Position numbers and translations under genes: made by a program. The notes below the pieces were generated by a model. That model searched no databases and was not told where the DNA came from. It saw only the letters and a program-made list of their open reading frames with translations. This document shows, piece by piece, positions 1 to 12,700 of a stretch of 64,000 bases of DNA (position 1 is its first letter; each line of letters begins with the position of its first letter). The stretch is from Macrostomum hystrix (Eukaryota; Animalia; Platyhelminthes), in assembly GCA_950097015.1 (NCBI GenBank), contig CATNEN010000025.1:3162001-3226000 (forward strand). The letters run 5' to 3'.

Positions 1-397
1 AGTCTCCTTCAGTCTCTCCTTCAGTCTCCTCCAGTCTCTCCTTCAGTCTCTCCTTCAGTCTCTCCTTCAGTCTCCTTCAGTCTCTCCTTCAGTCTCTCCT
101 TCAGTCTCCTTCAGTCTCCTTCAGTCTCCTTCAGTCTCTCCTTCAGTCTCCTTCAGTCTCTCCTTCAGTCTCTCCTTCAGTCTCCTTCAGTCTCCTTCAG
201 TCTCCTTCAGTCTCTCCTTCAGTCTCTCCTTCAGTCTCCTTCAGTCTCCTTCAGTCTCCTTCAGTCTCTCCTTCAGTCTCTCCTTCAGTCTACTTCAGTC
301 TCCTTCAGTCTCTCCTTCAGTCTCTCCTTCAGTCTCCTTCAGTCTCCTTCAGTCTCCTTCAGTCTCTCCTTCAGTCTCTCCTTCAGTCTCCTTCAGT
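1..397. repeat. Tandem array of 10/12-mers AGTCTC(TC)CTTC
   Basis: Directly visible. Confidence 0.97.
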
Positions 398-453
398 CCC
401 CCGGAAATCTTAATGCAGGTGTTATAAAAACGCTCACCAACTCGATCCCGCAG

Positions 454-780
454 CCAAGCTGAATGGCATCTTCATCAAGGAGATAGCCGATGGCAGCGCG
501 GCAGCCAGAGATGGCCGACTTCGAGTTCACGACCGCATTGTGCAGGTGATCAGATAGTCACTGTTCCTAGCTACTCGATCTGTACTCTATACAGTTTTAT
601 GTTCGTTAGCGAATTGTCAACTGTAATTGCTCTATAAATGACAGGTGGATGCCACAAGTCTGGACGGCTACACCAATCAGGAGGCGGTTGAGATTCTCAA
701 GCGTGCGGGCAGCACAGTTAAATTGAAATTGTTCAGATACAATAGGGGACCAATTTATCAACAGCTGCAGGCTAACGCTG
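454..780 (+). CDS. Patj: Patj exons 454-545 and 645-780: partial PDZ (about MUPP1 PDZ3 / fly Patj PDZ2)
   Basis: KLNGIFIKEIADGSAAARDGRLRVHDRIVQ|VDATSLDGYTNQEAVEILKRAGSTVKLKLFRYNRGPIYQQLQ; AG/GT boundaries; not in ORF track. Confidence 0.9.
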
Positions 781-3700
781 GTGAGTCACTTTCAGTGGCT
801 TATTTTTCTACCATTCAATGGTGATTGTATTGGATCGTGATATGGTAGGGCTGTGATAAATACTCGTATCTTAATTGAGACTACTCCGTCGCAATATCTT
901 CAGCAGCCCAGTCTCCGGCGCTGTACAAAACTGTTGTCGCCCAGCGAGTCGATGAGGTTGCTCTGTTGTCGTCAACATCGAAATCGGAAACCACCGAACT
1001 GAAGGAAAATAGCGAACTGGTTGACTTTAGTGAGCTTTGTGTACTTTTGCTAATGATGCAGCACTTGTCACTTTGCTCTGTTCTAAGAAAATCCACACCC
1101 AACTCACACACTCCACACCCAACTCAGACACTCCACACCCATCTCACACACTCCACACCCACCTGAGACACTCCACACCCACCTCAGACACTCCACACCC
1201 ACCTCAGACACTCCACACCCATCTCAGACACTCCACACCCACCTCAGACACTCCACACCCACCTCAGACACTCCACACCCACCTCAGACACTCCACGCCC
1301 ACCTCAGACACTCCACACCCAACTCACACTCCACACCCACCTGAGACACTCCACACCCATCTCAGACACTCCACACCCAACTCAGACACTCCACACCCAT
1401 CTCAGACACTCCACACCCACCTGAGACACTCCACACCCACCCCAGACACTCCACACCCACCTGAGACACTCCACACCCACCTGAGACACTCCACACCCAC
1501 CTCAGACACTCCACACCCACCTCAGACACTCCACACCCACCTCAGACACTCCACACCCATCTCAGACACTCCACACCCACCTCAGACACTCCACACCCAC
1601 CTCAGACACTCCACACCCACCTCAGACACTCCACACCCACCTCAGACACTCCACACCCAACTCACACTCCACACCCACCTGAGACACTCCACACCCATCT
1701 CAGACACTCCACACCCAACTCAGACACTCCACACCCATCTCAGACACTCCACACCCACCTGAGACACTCCACACCCACCCCAGACACTCCACACCCACCT
1801 GAGACACTCCACACCCACCTGAGACACTCCACACCCACCTCAGACACTCCACACCCACCTCAGACACTCCACACCCACCTCAGACACTCCACACCCACCT
1901 CAGACACTCCACACCCATCTCAGACACTCCACACCCAACTCAGACACTCCACACCCATCTCAGACACTCCACACCCACCTGAGACACTTCACACCCACCT
2001 GAGACACTCCACACCCACCTGAGACAATCCACACCCACCTGAGACACTCCACACCCACCTCACACACTCCACACCCACCTCAGACACTCCACACCCACCT
2101 CAGACACTCCACACCCACCTGAGACACTCCACACCCACCTCAGACACTCCACACCCACCTGAGACACTCCACACCCACCTCAGACACTCCACACCCACCT
2201 CAGACACTCCACACCCACCTCAGACACTCCACACCCACCTCAGACACTCCACACCCACCTCAGACACTCCACACCCACCTCACACACTCCACACCCACCT
2301 CAGACACTCCACACCCACCCCAAACGCCGCAGGCATTCCTCTCTCAGTGGCCGAGGTGGCTGCCCTGAAAACTCGCTGGCTCATGGAGCTGGGTGACTTA
2401 GATTGCGAAATCGTTGTGGCCCAGTTTGCCAAACTGCCGGACAGTCCTGGCCTCGGCATCAGCCTGGAGGGCACCGTCGACGTGCTGGATAATGGCGACG
2501 AGGCTAGTCCGCATCACTACATCCGGGAGGTGGTGCCGGACGGGCCGGCTGGCAGAGAGGGCACTTTGAGGCGCAAAGACGAACTTTTGGAGGTAAAGTA
2601 GTTGTTAATCTTTGCTCCTATATGCTATAGGATCTTATTTTATGAATTCTCCTGGATAATTTTGTTTTCTTCCGCTTTTCTCACATGCACTTTTTTTTCG
2701 ATAAAACTACCTTTACTATACTACTGTGAGTAGAAAAAAGGAAATTTCGTCGTTATATTTTTTACGCAGGTAAACAATCGCCGCCTACTCGGCCTAAGTC
2801 ACCTGGATGTGGTTGAAATTCTCAAATCATTGCCGCGTCACGTGCGCATCGTCTGCGCCAGGCCTGCTAGCGACGATGTCGACGACTCCGCTGTTGGCAA
2901 CAATTTCGACATCGTCGATGAGGAGGAGGAGGAGGAGGAAGAGGAGGACGTCCAGACGGCGGTGGCCGCCGGCAGCGGCACCAACAAGAGTCGATCGGTG
3001 GAGGACTTCTCCGGCATGGGCGTCTGGTCTGATCAGGCCACGGTGGTGGAGTTTGAGAAGACTCGGCAGGGCCTCGGCTTCAGCGTGCTGGATTATCAGG
3101 TGAAAAAAGCAAATAGGCAAGTTTTTCCAGCTTCCTCCAGGACTGCTGCGGGCAATGGCACATCATTTGGTGACAGTAGACAGCAGTCACCGATGAGGCA
3201 ATTCTGCCCATTAACCCGACTCCTGAGCACACACTCACACCGCTGTGTACATCTGCCCTGAAATTTTCATTGTCAGGCTATGTACACTCTTACTGTGCCC
3301 TGGAGGTTGGTCCTTATTTAAAATAAATTGACCGCTCTGCCACTCAGCCCCTTAGCAACGAGTATTTGGTACTTGATTTTCTCTCAGATTCGTTGAATAT
3401 CTCGACGTTCTGGATAGCTTGCGACTCGACTGTTAAACTGAAACCCAACATTGCGGCATTCCGCAGGATCCGCTGTGCACGGATCGCACCGTCATCATTG
3501 TGCGCAGCTTGGTCCCAGGCGGCCTCGCTCACCGGGACGGTCGAATCCTGCCTGGCGATCGGCTGTTATTTGTCAACGGCGTCAGCCTCGAACAGGCCAG
3601 CCTAGAGGAGGCTGTGCAATGCTTAAAGTCCGCGCCAGAAGGTCGCATCGTTATCGGTGTGGCCAAACCCAGCCCGCTGGCTGCCGCTTCGACTGATGCT

Positions 3701-6700
3701 GCCGCCGCGCTGGCCACCGCTGTCGCTAAGGTTGGTTTATTGGCTGGTTAGCCCAGTTGTAGATTGCTGGAGGTTCGGATAATGGTCTATGGTAGATTTT
3801 GGTGTATTATAGTCTATGGTTGATTTTGGGTGTATTATAGTCTATGGTAGATTTAGTGTGTATTATCGTCTATGGTAGATTTTGTGTGTATTATAGTCTA
3901 TGGTAGATTTTGGATGTATTATAGTCTATGGTAGATTTTGGGTGTATTATAGTCTATGGTAGATTTCGGGTGTATTATAGTCTATGGTAGATTTTGTGTG
4001 TATTATAGTCTATGGTAGATTTTGTGTGTATTATCGTCTATGGTAGATTTTGTTAGATTTTAGTCTATGGTAGATCTGGCCTAGGTTTAAATCTATAGTA
4101 AAGATTCGGTAGATTTCATCTATCGTGGATTTGTTCTGACTGCAGTCTGTGCTACTTTAGGTAGATGATTTAGTATTTTTTGCAAGTTGGAAAGATTAAT
4201 TGTAGATTATAATGTGAATTGCAGTATTATCTAGAGATATGGGAGATTTTACAATGGTTTTATATGCTATAAAATGAGAATTAGTTTTCCTATATGCTTG
4301 CATTGTTCGCTTATCTTAGATAAATAGATATGTAGAAAAAATGATCTCAAATGTGCACCATCAATGCCTCACTCTAATTCTGACTCACTGCTTTTCTCCT
4401 GTAATCTGTCATGCACTTTTAAATATATCATTTCATATCATTTCATAATATTATCACTTGCTGTTGTTTACTTTTTGAGAGTATTTTTATTACTAACCTT
4501 TACTACTCGTAAATAACACTTCATTGTTTAAAGAACCCTAAATAGCCAAAAAACTACTAATTAACGGCTGATTAAGAGGTTGAGCAGTTAGTTGAGCAGT
4601 TAGTTGAGCAGTTAGTTGAGCAGTCAGTTGAGCAGTTAGTTGAGCAGTTAGTTGAGCAGTTAGTTGAGCAGTTAGTTGAGCAGTCAGTTGAGCAGCCAGA
4701 AGCAGTTAGTTGAACAGTTAGTTGAGCAGTCAGTTGAGCAGTTAGTTGAGCAGCCAGAAGCAGTTAGTTAAGTAGTAAGTTTTGCGACCTGTTAAGCAGC
4801 TTACTAACAGCTGGTTGAGCTGGTAGTTAAACAGTCAGTCGTTTGCTTGCTGCGTTAGCTTCCAATCATTATTTTGCGTTATTATTTGGTTTAAAAATCA
4901 TTTTGTTGTTGTTTTTTGTTTTTGTTGTTGTTGTTGTCGTTGTTGTCTTTTTGAGTTGTTGAATATACTATTGTGGAGATTAGTAAACAAAAATACTCAA
5001 CTTTTTTTTTCTGGCTGGGTTAGAACTAGTGATCGTTCTTTCGTTCCTAAGAACGATTTTAGCATCCTTGATGTTGTTGCCATTGTCCTGTCCACTGCAC
5101 GGCACACGAAGACGCACAACTTACGAAACTGCTGCGAAAGATGGCCAGTTTGCCTCTGTCCCAATACCCGATTCCTCATTTGAAATCAAATACTCGCAAC
5201 AGCAGCCCCAGCAACAGCATCAGCAGCAGCAGCATCAGCAGCAGATTAACAATCGCTATTCCACGCCTCAGCTGGGCAGCATCTGGAACCCGGCGGCTGC
5301 TGAACTGCTTCGCGAGCAGCAGCGGGCCGCCCTGAAGAGCCTGCTGTCTCGCTACGCCAAGGACAGAACCGATCACAGCCTAGAAGCTGCTGACGAACTC
5401 GACAACCCATCCGCTCATCGGCGACTCCTAACACGATCTCGCTCGTCCTCATTGTCTTCTCATTCGCCTAACGCCTCTTCCCCGTCGCCGTCGCCGTCGC
5501 CGTCTTCGTCGTCTGGCGACATGCTGCTGGATTTGGAGCGACTGCGCGACTGCGGCTCCGACACGGACGCGCTGTTCAACCACCGCCAGGTGAGGCTCGC
5601 TGCCCCGGCTGCTCCAGCAGAGGCTCCGCTCACCTTCATGACCTCTCGGCTGACTCTGCTTAACTTGGATGGACCGCTGTGGGGTCTGGTGTGGGTTATT
5701 GTGTGGGTTCTGTTGGGGGGTTCTGGTCTGGGGTCTAGTGTAGGTTCTGGTGTGGGTTCTGGTCTGGGGTCTAGTGTGGGTTCTAGTGTGGGGTCTAGTG
5801 TGGGTTCTGGTGTGGGTTCTGGTCTGGGGTCTAGTGTGGGTTCTGGTGTGGGTTCTAGTGTGGGTTCTAGTGTGGGGTCTAGTGTGGGTTCTGGTGTGGG
5901 TTCTGGTCTGGGGTCTAGTCTGGGGTCTAGTGTGGGTTCTGATGTGGGTTCTGGTGTGGGTTCTGGTCTGGGGTCTAGTGTGGGTTCTGGTGTGGGTTCT
6001 GGTCTGGGGTCTAGTGTGGGTTCTGGTGTGGGTTCTGGTCTGGGGTCTAGTGTGGGTTCTGGTGTGGGTTCTGGTCTGGGGTCTAGTGTGGGTTCTGGTG
6101 TGGGTTCTAGTGTGGGTTCTAGTGTGGGGTCTAGTGTGGGTTCTGGTGTGGGTTCTGGTCTGGGGTCTAGTGTGGGTTCTAGTGTGGGTTCTAGTGTGGG
6201 TTCTAGTGTGGGTTCTGGTCTGGGGTCTAGTGTGGGTTCTGGTGTGGGTTCTGGTCTGGGGTCTAGTGTGGGTTCTGGTGTGGGTTCTGGTCTGGGGTCT
6301 AGTGTGGGTTCTGGTGTGGGTTCTGGTCTGGGGTCTAGTGTGGGTTCTGGTGTGGGTTCTAGTGTGGGTTCTAGTGTGGGGTCTAGTGTGGGTTCTGGTG
6401 TGGGTTCTGGTCTGGGGTCTAGTGTGGGTTCTAGTGTGGGTTCTAGTGTGGGTTCTAGTGTGGGTTCTGGTCTGGGGTCTAGTGTGGGTTCTGGTGTGGG
6501 TTCTGGTCTGGGGTCTAGTGTGGGTTCTGGTGTGGGTTCTGGTCTGGGGTCTAGTGTGGGTTCTAGTGTGGGGTCTAGTGTGGGTTCTGGTGTGGGTTCT
6601 GGTCTGGGGTCTAGTGTGGGGTCTAGTGTGGGTTCTGGTGTGGGTTCTGGTCTGGGGTCTAGTGTGGGTTCTAGTGTGGGGTCTAGTGTGGGTTCTAGTG

Positions 6701-9700
6701 TGGGTTCTGGTCTGGGGTCTAGTGTGGGTTCTAGTGTGGGTTCTAGTGTGGGTTCTGGTCTGGGGTCTAGTGTGGGTTCTGGTGTGGGTTCTGGTGTGGA
6801 TTCTGGTCTGGGGTCTAGTGTGGGTTCTGGTCGGGGTTCTAGTGTGGGTTCTAGTGTGGGTTCTTGTGTGGATTCTGGTCTGGGGTCTAGTGTGGGTTCT
6901 GGTGTGGGTTCTGGTGTGGGTTCTGGTGTGGGATTTTCTAATATAAGGTTGAGTTTTAGTCCTAGTACCAGTGTGTTGAAAGTGTAAAAGCCATTTCTGT
7001 ATTCTATGTCTAGTTTAACTAAAAGGAAACTTTACGACAACAGCAACTTTAAAAACACAAAATTTTGTTGTTTTTTCGGTATTCTTTTAAGTAGACTCGT
7101 TTTTTTCGTACAATCACGTATAATCAGCTTATTTTGTTCGATTTCAAGCGTCGATGAAAATAACTGGTCATGAAAGCATTAAGCATGAAAATTGCTAGTT
7201 AAATGTTAAATCGTCAATTGAAGGGCCACGCGCGCCAAGCATCGGACTTGAGCCAGCTCACCATAGACACTAATGCCACCAGCGTGGACACTGTCAGCCT
7301 GTCCTCATTCGATAGCGTCAAGGTGATCCGTGATTTGGCGCTGAAAATTTAGCACCAATTGATAAGAGAGTAGCCACTTTTTTAATAAGCGAAATTAGCC
7401 AAATTTAGTCCGCTATTTTCTGCTGTTTCTCAATAAAAGAGCAATTTTTACATATTTTTATTTGGTGCGGGTAATTGTCTTTCTGCTCTGCTTTTCGATT
7501 TCTAGGAAAATTAAAAAATAATCTGTTTGTTTTGCAGCAATGCGCCTTAAAATGAGTAGTAATGCTTGGCTTTGATGTTTTTGTTGCTTAATCCTATTTC
7601 ACTTCTGCTTCCAGCTAAAGCATGCCTATTTTGTGTTTTGCTTCGCGTTTCTGTGTCTATTTTGGGTTAGGGGCTGGCTAACATGCGAATTTTGAATTAT
7701 ATCGCGCACCTTTGCCTGCATCTAAGGGCATCATAGACTCCACACCCAGCTCACACACTCCACGCCCACCCCAGACACTCCACACCCACCTCAGACACTC
7801 CAGACCTACCTCAGACACTCCACACCCACCTCAGACACTCCACACCCACCTCAGACACTCCAGACCTACCTCAGACACTCCACACCCACCTCAAACACTC
7901 CACACCCACCCCAGACACTCCACACCCACCTCAAACACTCCACACCCACCTCAGACACTCCACACCCACCTCAGACACTCCAGACCTACCTCAGACACTC
8001 CACACCCACCTCAAACACTCCACACCCACCCCAGACACTCCACACCCACCTCACACACTCCACACCCACCTCAGACACTCCACACCCACCTCACACACTC
8101 CACACCCACCTCAGACACTCCACACCCACCTCACACACTCCACACCCACCTTAGACACTCCACACCCACCTCAGACACTCCAGACCTACCTCAGACACTC
8201 CACACCCACCTCAGACACTCCACACCCACCTGAGACACTCCACACCCACCTCAGAAACTCCACACCCAACTCAGACACTCCACACCCACCTTAGACACTC
8301 CACACCCACCTCAGACACTCCAGACCTACCTCAGACACTCCACACCCACCTCAAACACTCCACACCCACCTCAGACACTCCACACCCACTTCAGACACTC
8401 CTCACCAACCTCAGACACTCCACACCCACCTCAGACACTCCTCACCAACCTCAGACACACTTCTCAAAGACACCAATGTTGAGCCACATTCGGTATTTCG
8501 TTAATGATTTGTTTTCGCTGTGATTGTCTCTGCCATACCAAAGAGCGCTCTCTTAAAGTTGCTGTCTGGTTTCGTCGAAACAAATTTGTACTTTTATTTC
8601 GTACTTCCTATCTCAGACGGACGGCGATGACACGGCGACGGCGGAAACACCTGAGCCGTATCGCGCCTTCGCTGATCGGCCCGATGGTGACGGTCAAGCC
8701 GCCGACGCCATGGACGGTGACGCTGTCAACGTCGAAGTGGAGGATGACGAAGACGAGCTGCCGCCGATTCCGTCAGCTCTGGAGCAGAAGCTGAAGCTAA
8801 GAAAGTCTGGTTTCGAGGAGCTCGGCTTGGTGATCTCAGCTGTTGGAAACGGCGCCAACGGTTGCCTCGTGACGGAAATTTTGCCTGGCAGCGCGGCTGC
8901 TCGCAGCGGCGCGATTCAGCAGGGCGATTACGTCACCGGCGTCAACTCCGAGTCGCTGCGCCGCCTGGGAGCTGCCGAAGCGCGTTCAGTTCTACGCCGC
9001 GCCAACGAACTAACCGACATCAGGTCAGTGGGCCTATGCGACTGCACTGGCTGCTGTTGCACCTTCGCTTTCTACTGCCAAATCCCATCCAAGGCTTACC
9101 AAACCCACCCAATGCTACCAAATCCCATCCAAGGCTACCCAAACCCACCCAATGCTACCAAATCCCATCCAAGGCTACCCAAAACCACTCAATGCTACCA
9201 TATCCCATCCAATGCTACCCAATCCCATCCAATGCTACCCAATCCCATCCAAGGCTACCCAATGCCATCCAATGCTACCAAATCCCATCCAATGTTACCC
9301 AATCCCACCCAACGCTACCAAATTCCATCCAAGGCTACCCAATGCCATTTTACGCTACCCAATCCCATTTTACGCTACTCAATCCCATTTTACGCTACTC
9401 AATCCCATTTTACGCTACCCAATCCCATTTTACGCTACTCAATCCCATTTTACGCTACCCAATCCCATTTTACGCTACCCAAACCCATCCAATGTTACCC
9501 AATCCCACTCAAGGATACCCAAACGCACCCAATGCTACAAAATGCCATCCAAGGCTACCCAATGCCATCCAATGCTACCGAATCCCATCCAATGGTGCCA
9601 AACCCTACCCAACGCTACCAAATTCCATCCAAGGCTACCCAAACCCACCCAATGCTACTAAATCCCATCCAAGGCTACCAAAATTCCACCCAAGGCTACC

Positions 9701-12700
9701 CAAACCCACCCAATGCTACCAAATCCCATCCAAGGCTACCCAATGCCATCAAAGGCTACCCAATGCCATCCAATGCTGCCAAATCCTACCCAACGCTACC
9801 AAATTCCATCCAAGGCTACCCAATCACATTTTACGCTACCCAATCCCATTTTACGCTACTCAATCCTATTTTACGCTACCCAATCCCATTTTACGCTACT
9901 CAATTCCATTTTACGCTACCCAATCCCATTTTACGCTACCCAATCCCATTTTACGCTACTCAATCCCATTTTACGCTACCCAATCCCATTTTACGCTACT
10001 CAATCCCATTTTACGCTACTCAATCCCATTTTACGCTACTCAATCCCATTTTACGCTACTCAATCCCATTTTACGCTACTCAATCCCATTTTACGCTACT
10101 CAATCCCATTTTACGCTACTCAATCCCATTTTACGCTACCCAATCCCATTTTACGCTACCCAATCCCATTTTACGCTACTCAATCCCATTTTACGCTACT
10201 CAATCCCATTTTACGCTACTCAATCCCATTTTACGCTACTCAATCCCATTTTACGCTACTCAATTCTATAAAATGTTACCTAATCCTATCCAACGTTAAT
10301 CTGAAGTCATTCACTAACATGTTGTTCCCGTTCTCCTCTGCCAAACAGTGTGACCTACATCCCGTCATTGGACGCTGAAGTGCATTTACAGTCGGTGCAA
10401 TTCGCTCGTCAGGAGGCAAAAAAATTTGCGGCCAGCCAAGCCAAACAGCGACTTTCCAACAAGTGAGCAAACCGCGCAGTTCATTTTCTATATTTGTTTA
10501 GCGCAAATATCGTTTTCTACTACTTAATAAATTGCTGATAACAGTAGTATATTTTTATTCGTCTTATTGAACCTGATTGTAGTAAAACCGGAGCCTCCGA
10601 TGCCTAAACATTGAAGTGATTGGTTTCAGAAGTGCTTCTTGAGTGCTGACTGATGACGCTGGTACTAAGAATTGATTCTTTTCTGATTAATCGATAATTA
10701 TTTTATTTATCTCGCACTTCCACATGTCTAACTTTTTTGGATTGCCTCACTTTCTCTTTCGTTTCTCTGCATTAAGGCGTTCGAAATTCCTTCATAGCAC
10801 TTGTACATTGCACTTTAGTGGCTCACTGTTTTTGTGGGATGCTGCATATTAATATTGTTTTTAACTATTGGCTGCCGCCACTGTTATTTCACACCCAGAA
10901 TAACTAACTTATTGAACCACCAGCTAGATTTAGTCCTCTGCCCACTTGTAGCATTAACCCACATTTAATGCATTCCCAAGCTAGCTTAAAAACTCCCCAC
11001 CCCTTTCTGCATTAATACACCTCAGTCTACGTAATACTTTACTCCGCATACACCCACCCCACTGCGCATACAGCAACCCCACTCCGCATACACCCACCCC
11101 ACTCCGCATACACCCATCCCACTCCGCATACACACATCCCACTCCGCATACACACATCCCACTCCGGATACAGCAACCCCACTCCGCATACACCCACCCC
11201 ACTCCGCATACACCCATCCCACTCCGCATACACCCATCCCACTCCGCAGTCTCGCCTACCTGTTTGCCCGAATCTAAAGTTTGCATACCTTTTTTCGCGA
11301 TCGATATATTATAGTTATTAATTTCAATATCAACAAACACTGACTATTGAAGCTTTTGATCAGTCGGGAACTGTGATTTTATTTTTGTAATTTCCTTTTT
11401 TACGGATTGCTAATCCTCTGCTAACCCGTCAATTCTTTGCCTATCCGGCATCGTTTAAATTCTTGTCAACGCGAGTCTCGCTTGACAAAGTCGATGTGAT
11501 ATTTTATCAATCTGCTTTGTTTAATTTTCTCTACATACTACTGCCGCTGACCAAGCTAGTAGGATTTGGCGATCATAGTTCGTGGGTTGTGCTTCTTCTT
11601 TGTTGATTAATAACTTTAGGTTTAGAAATGATAATTACTCAATCTCGTTGTCATTGTCATTTAATCTGTATTTACTATGCTCAGTTCATAACTGATCTTT
11701 ATTAGCATGTCGGCTTATGAAGTTTTCGTTTTCTAACTCGGGTGCCTGTTTTAGTTAATCTTTCATTCATAATTTTAGCTGGAAAAATTATATATCTATA
11801 TAGCTTAGAATTAATTAAATACGATTAACACAACTTACCTATTTATTATGGCTATTGTGGCTATTCTGTGTGGATAATTAAATACAATTCAAACATGATC
11901 TGCTCATCCTACTCAGTATTATTGGTTGCAGCGCTCAAATTAAGTTATTGTCTGATTCTACGAGCTATATTTGCTTATACCTCTTTTGTCCAGCGGGGTT
12001 GGAGCTCACCACTTGAAGGTCGAGAGTTCGATTCCACATTGTTAGCCAGAGGATTATTAGCCAGAGGATTATTAGCCAGAGGATTATTAGCCAGAGGATT
12101 ATTAGCCAGAGGATTATTAGCCAGAGGATTGTTAGCCAGGGGATTATTAGCCAGAGGATTATTAGCCAGAGGATTATTAGCCAGAGGATTATTAGCCAGA
12201 GGAATATTAGCCAGAGGATTATTAGCCAGAGGATTATTAGCCAGAGGATTGTTAGTCAGATGATTATTAGCCAGAGGATTATTAGCCAGAGGATTATTAG
12301 CCAGAGGATTGTTAGCCAGAGGAATATTAGCCAGAGGATTATTAGCCAGAGGATTATTAGCCAGAGGATTGTTAGCCAGGGGATTATTAGCCAGAGGATT
12401 ATTAGCCAGAGGATTATTAGCCAGAGGATTATTAGCCAGAGGAATATTAGCCAGAGGATTGTTAGCCAGAGGATTGTTAGTCAGATGATTATTAGCCAGA
12501 GGATTATTAGCCACAGGATTATTAGACAGAGGATTATTAGCCAGAGGATTGTTAGCCAGAGGATTGTTAGCCAGAGGATTATTAGTCAGAGATTATTAGC
12601 CAGAGGATTATTAGCCAGAGGATTATTAGTCAGATGATTATTAGCCAGAGGATTATTAGCCAGGGGATTATTAGCCAGGGGATTGTTAGCCAGGGGATTA

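Noticed and set aside
1037-1762. His/Thr/Pro-rich ORFs (also 7712-8233)
   Set aside because: Translations of the 20-mer minisatellite.
5029-6987. 652-aa ORF with a (GSSV/GSGV/GSGL)n silk-like tail, and the overlapping (WVLV)n ORF
   Set aside because: The 12-mer lacks stops in two frames by composition; a strong donor at 5590 removes it and the next exon is in phase.
8710-10378. Long ORFs with LPNPI/YATQSHF repeats
   Set aside because: Read-through from a real exon into an intronic 20-mer array; the PDZ is completed only by splicing 9023 to 10349.
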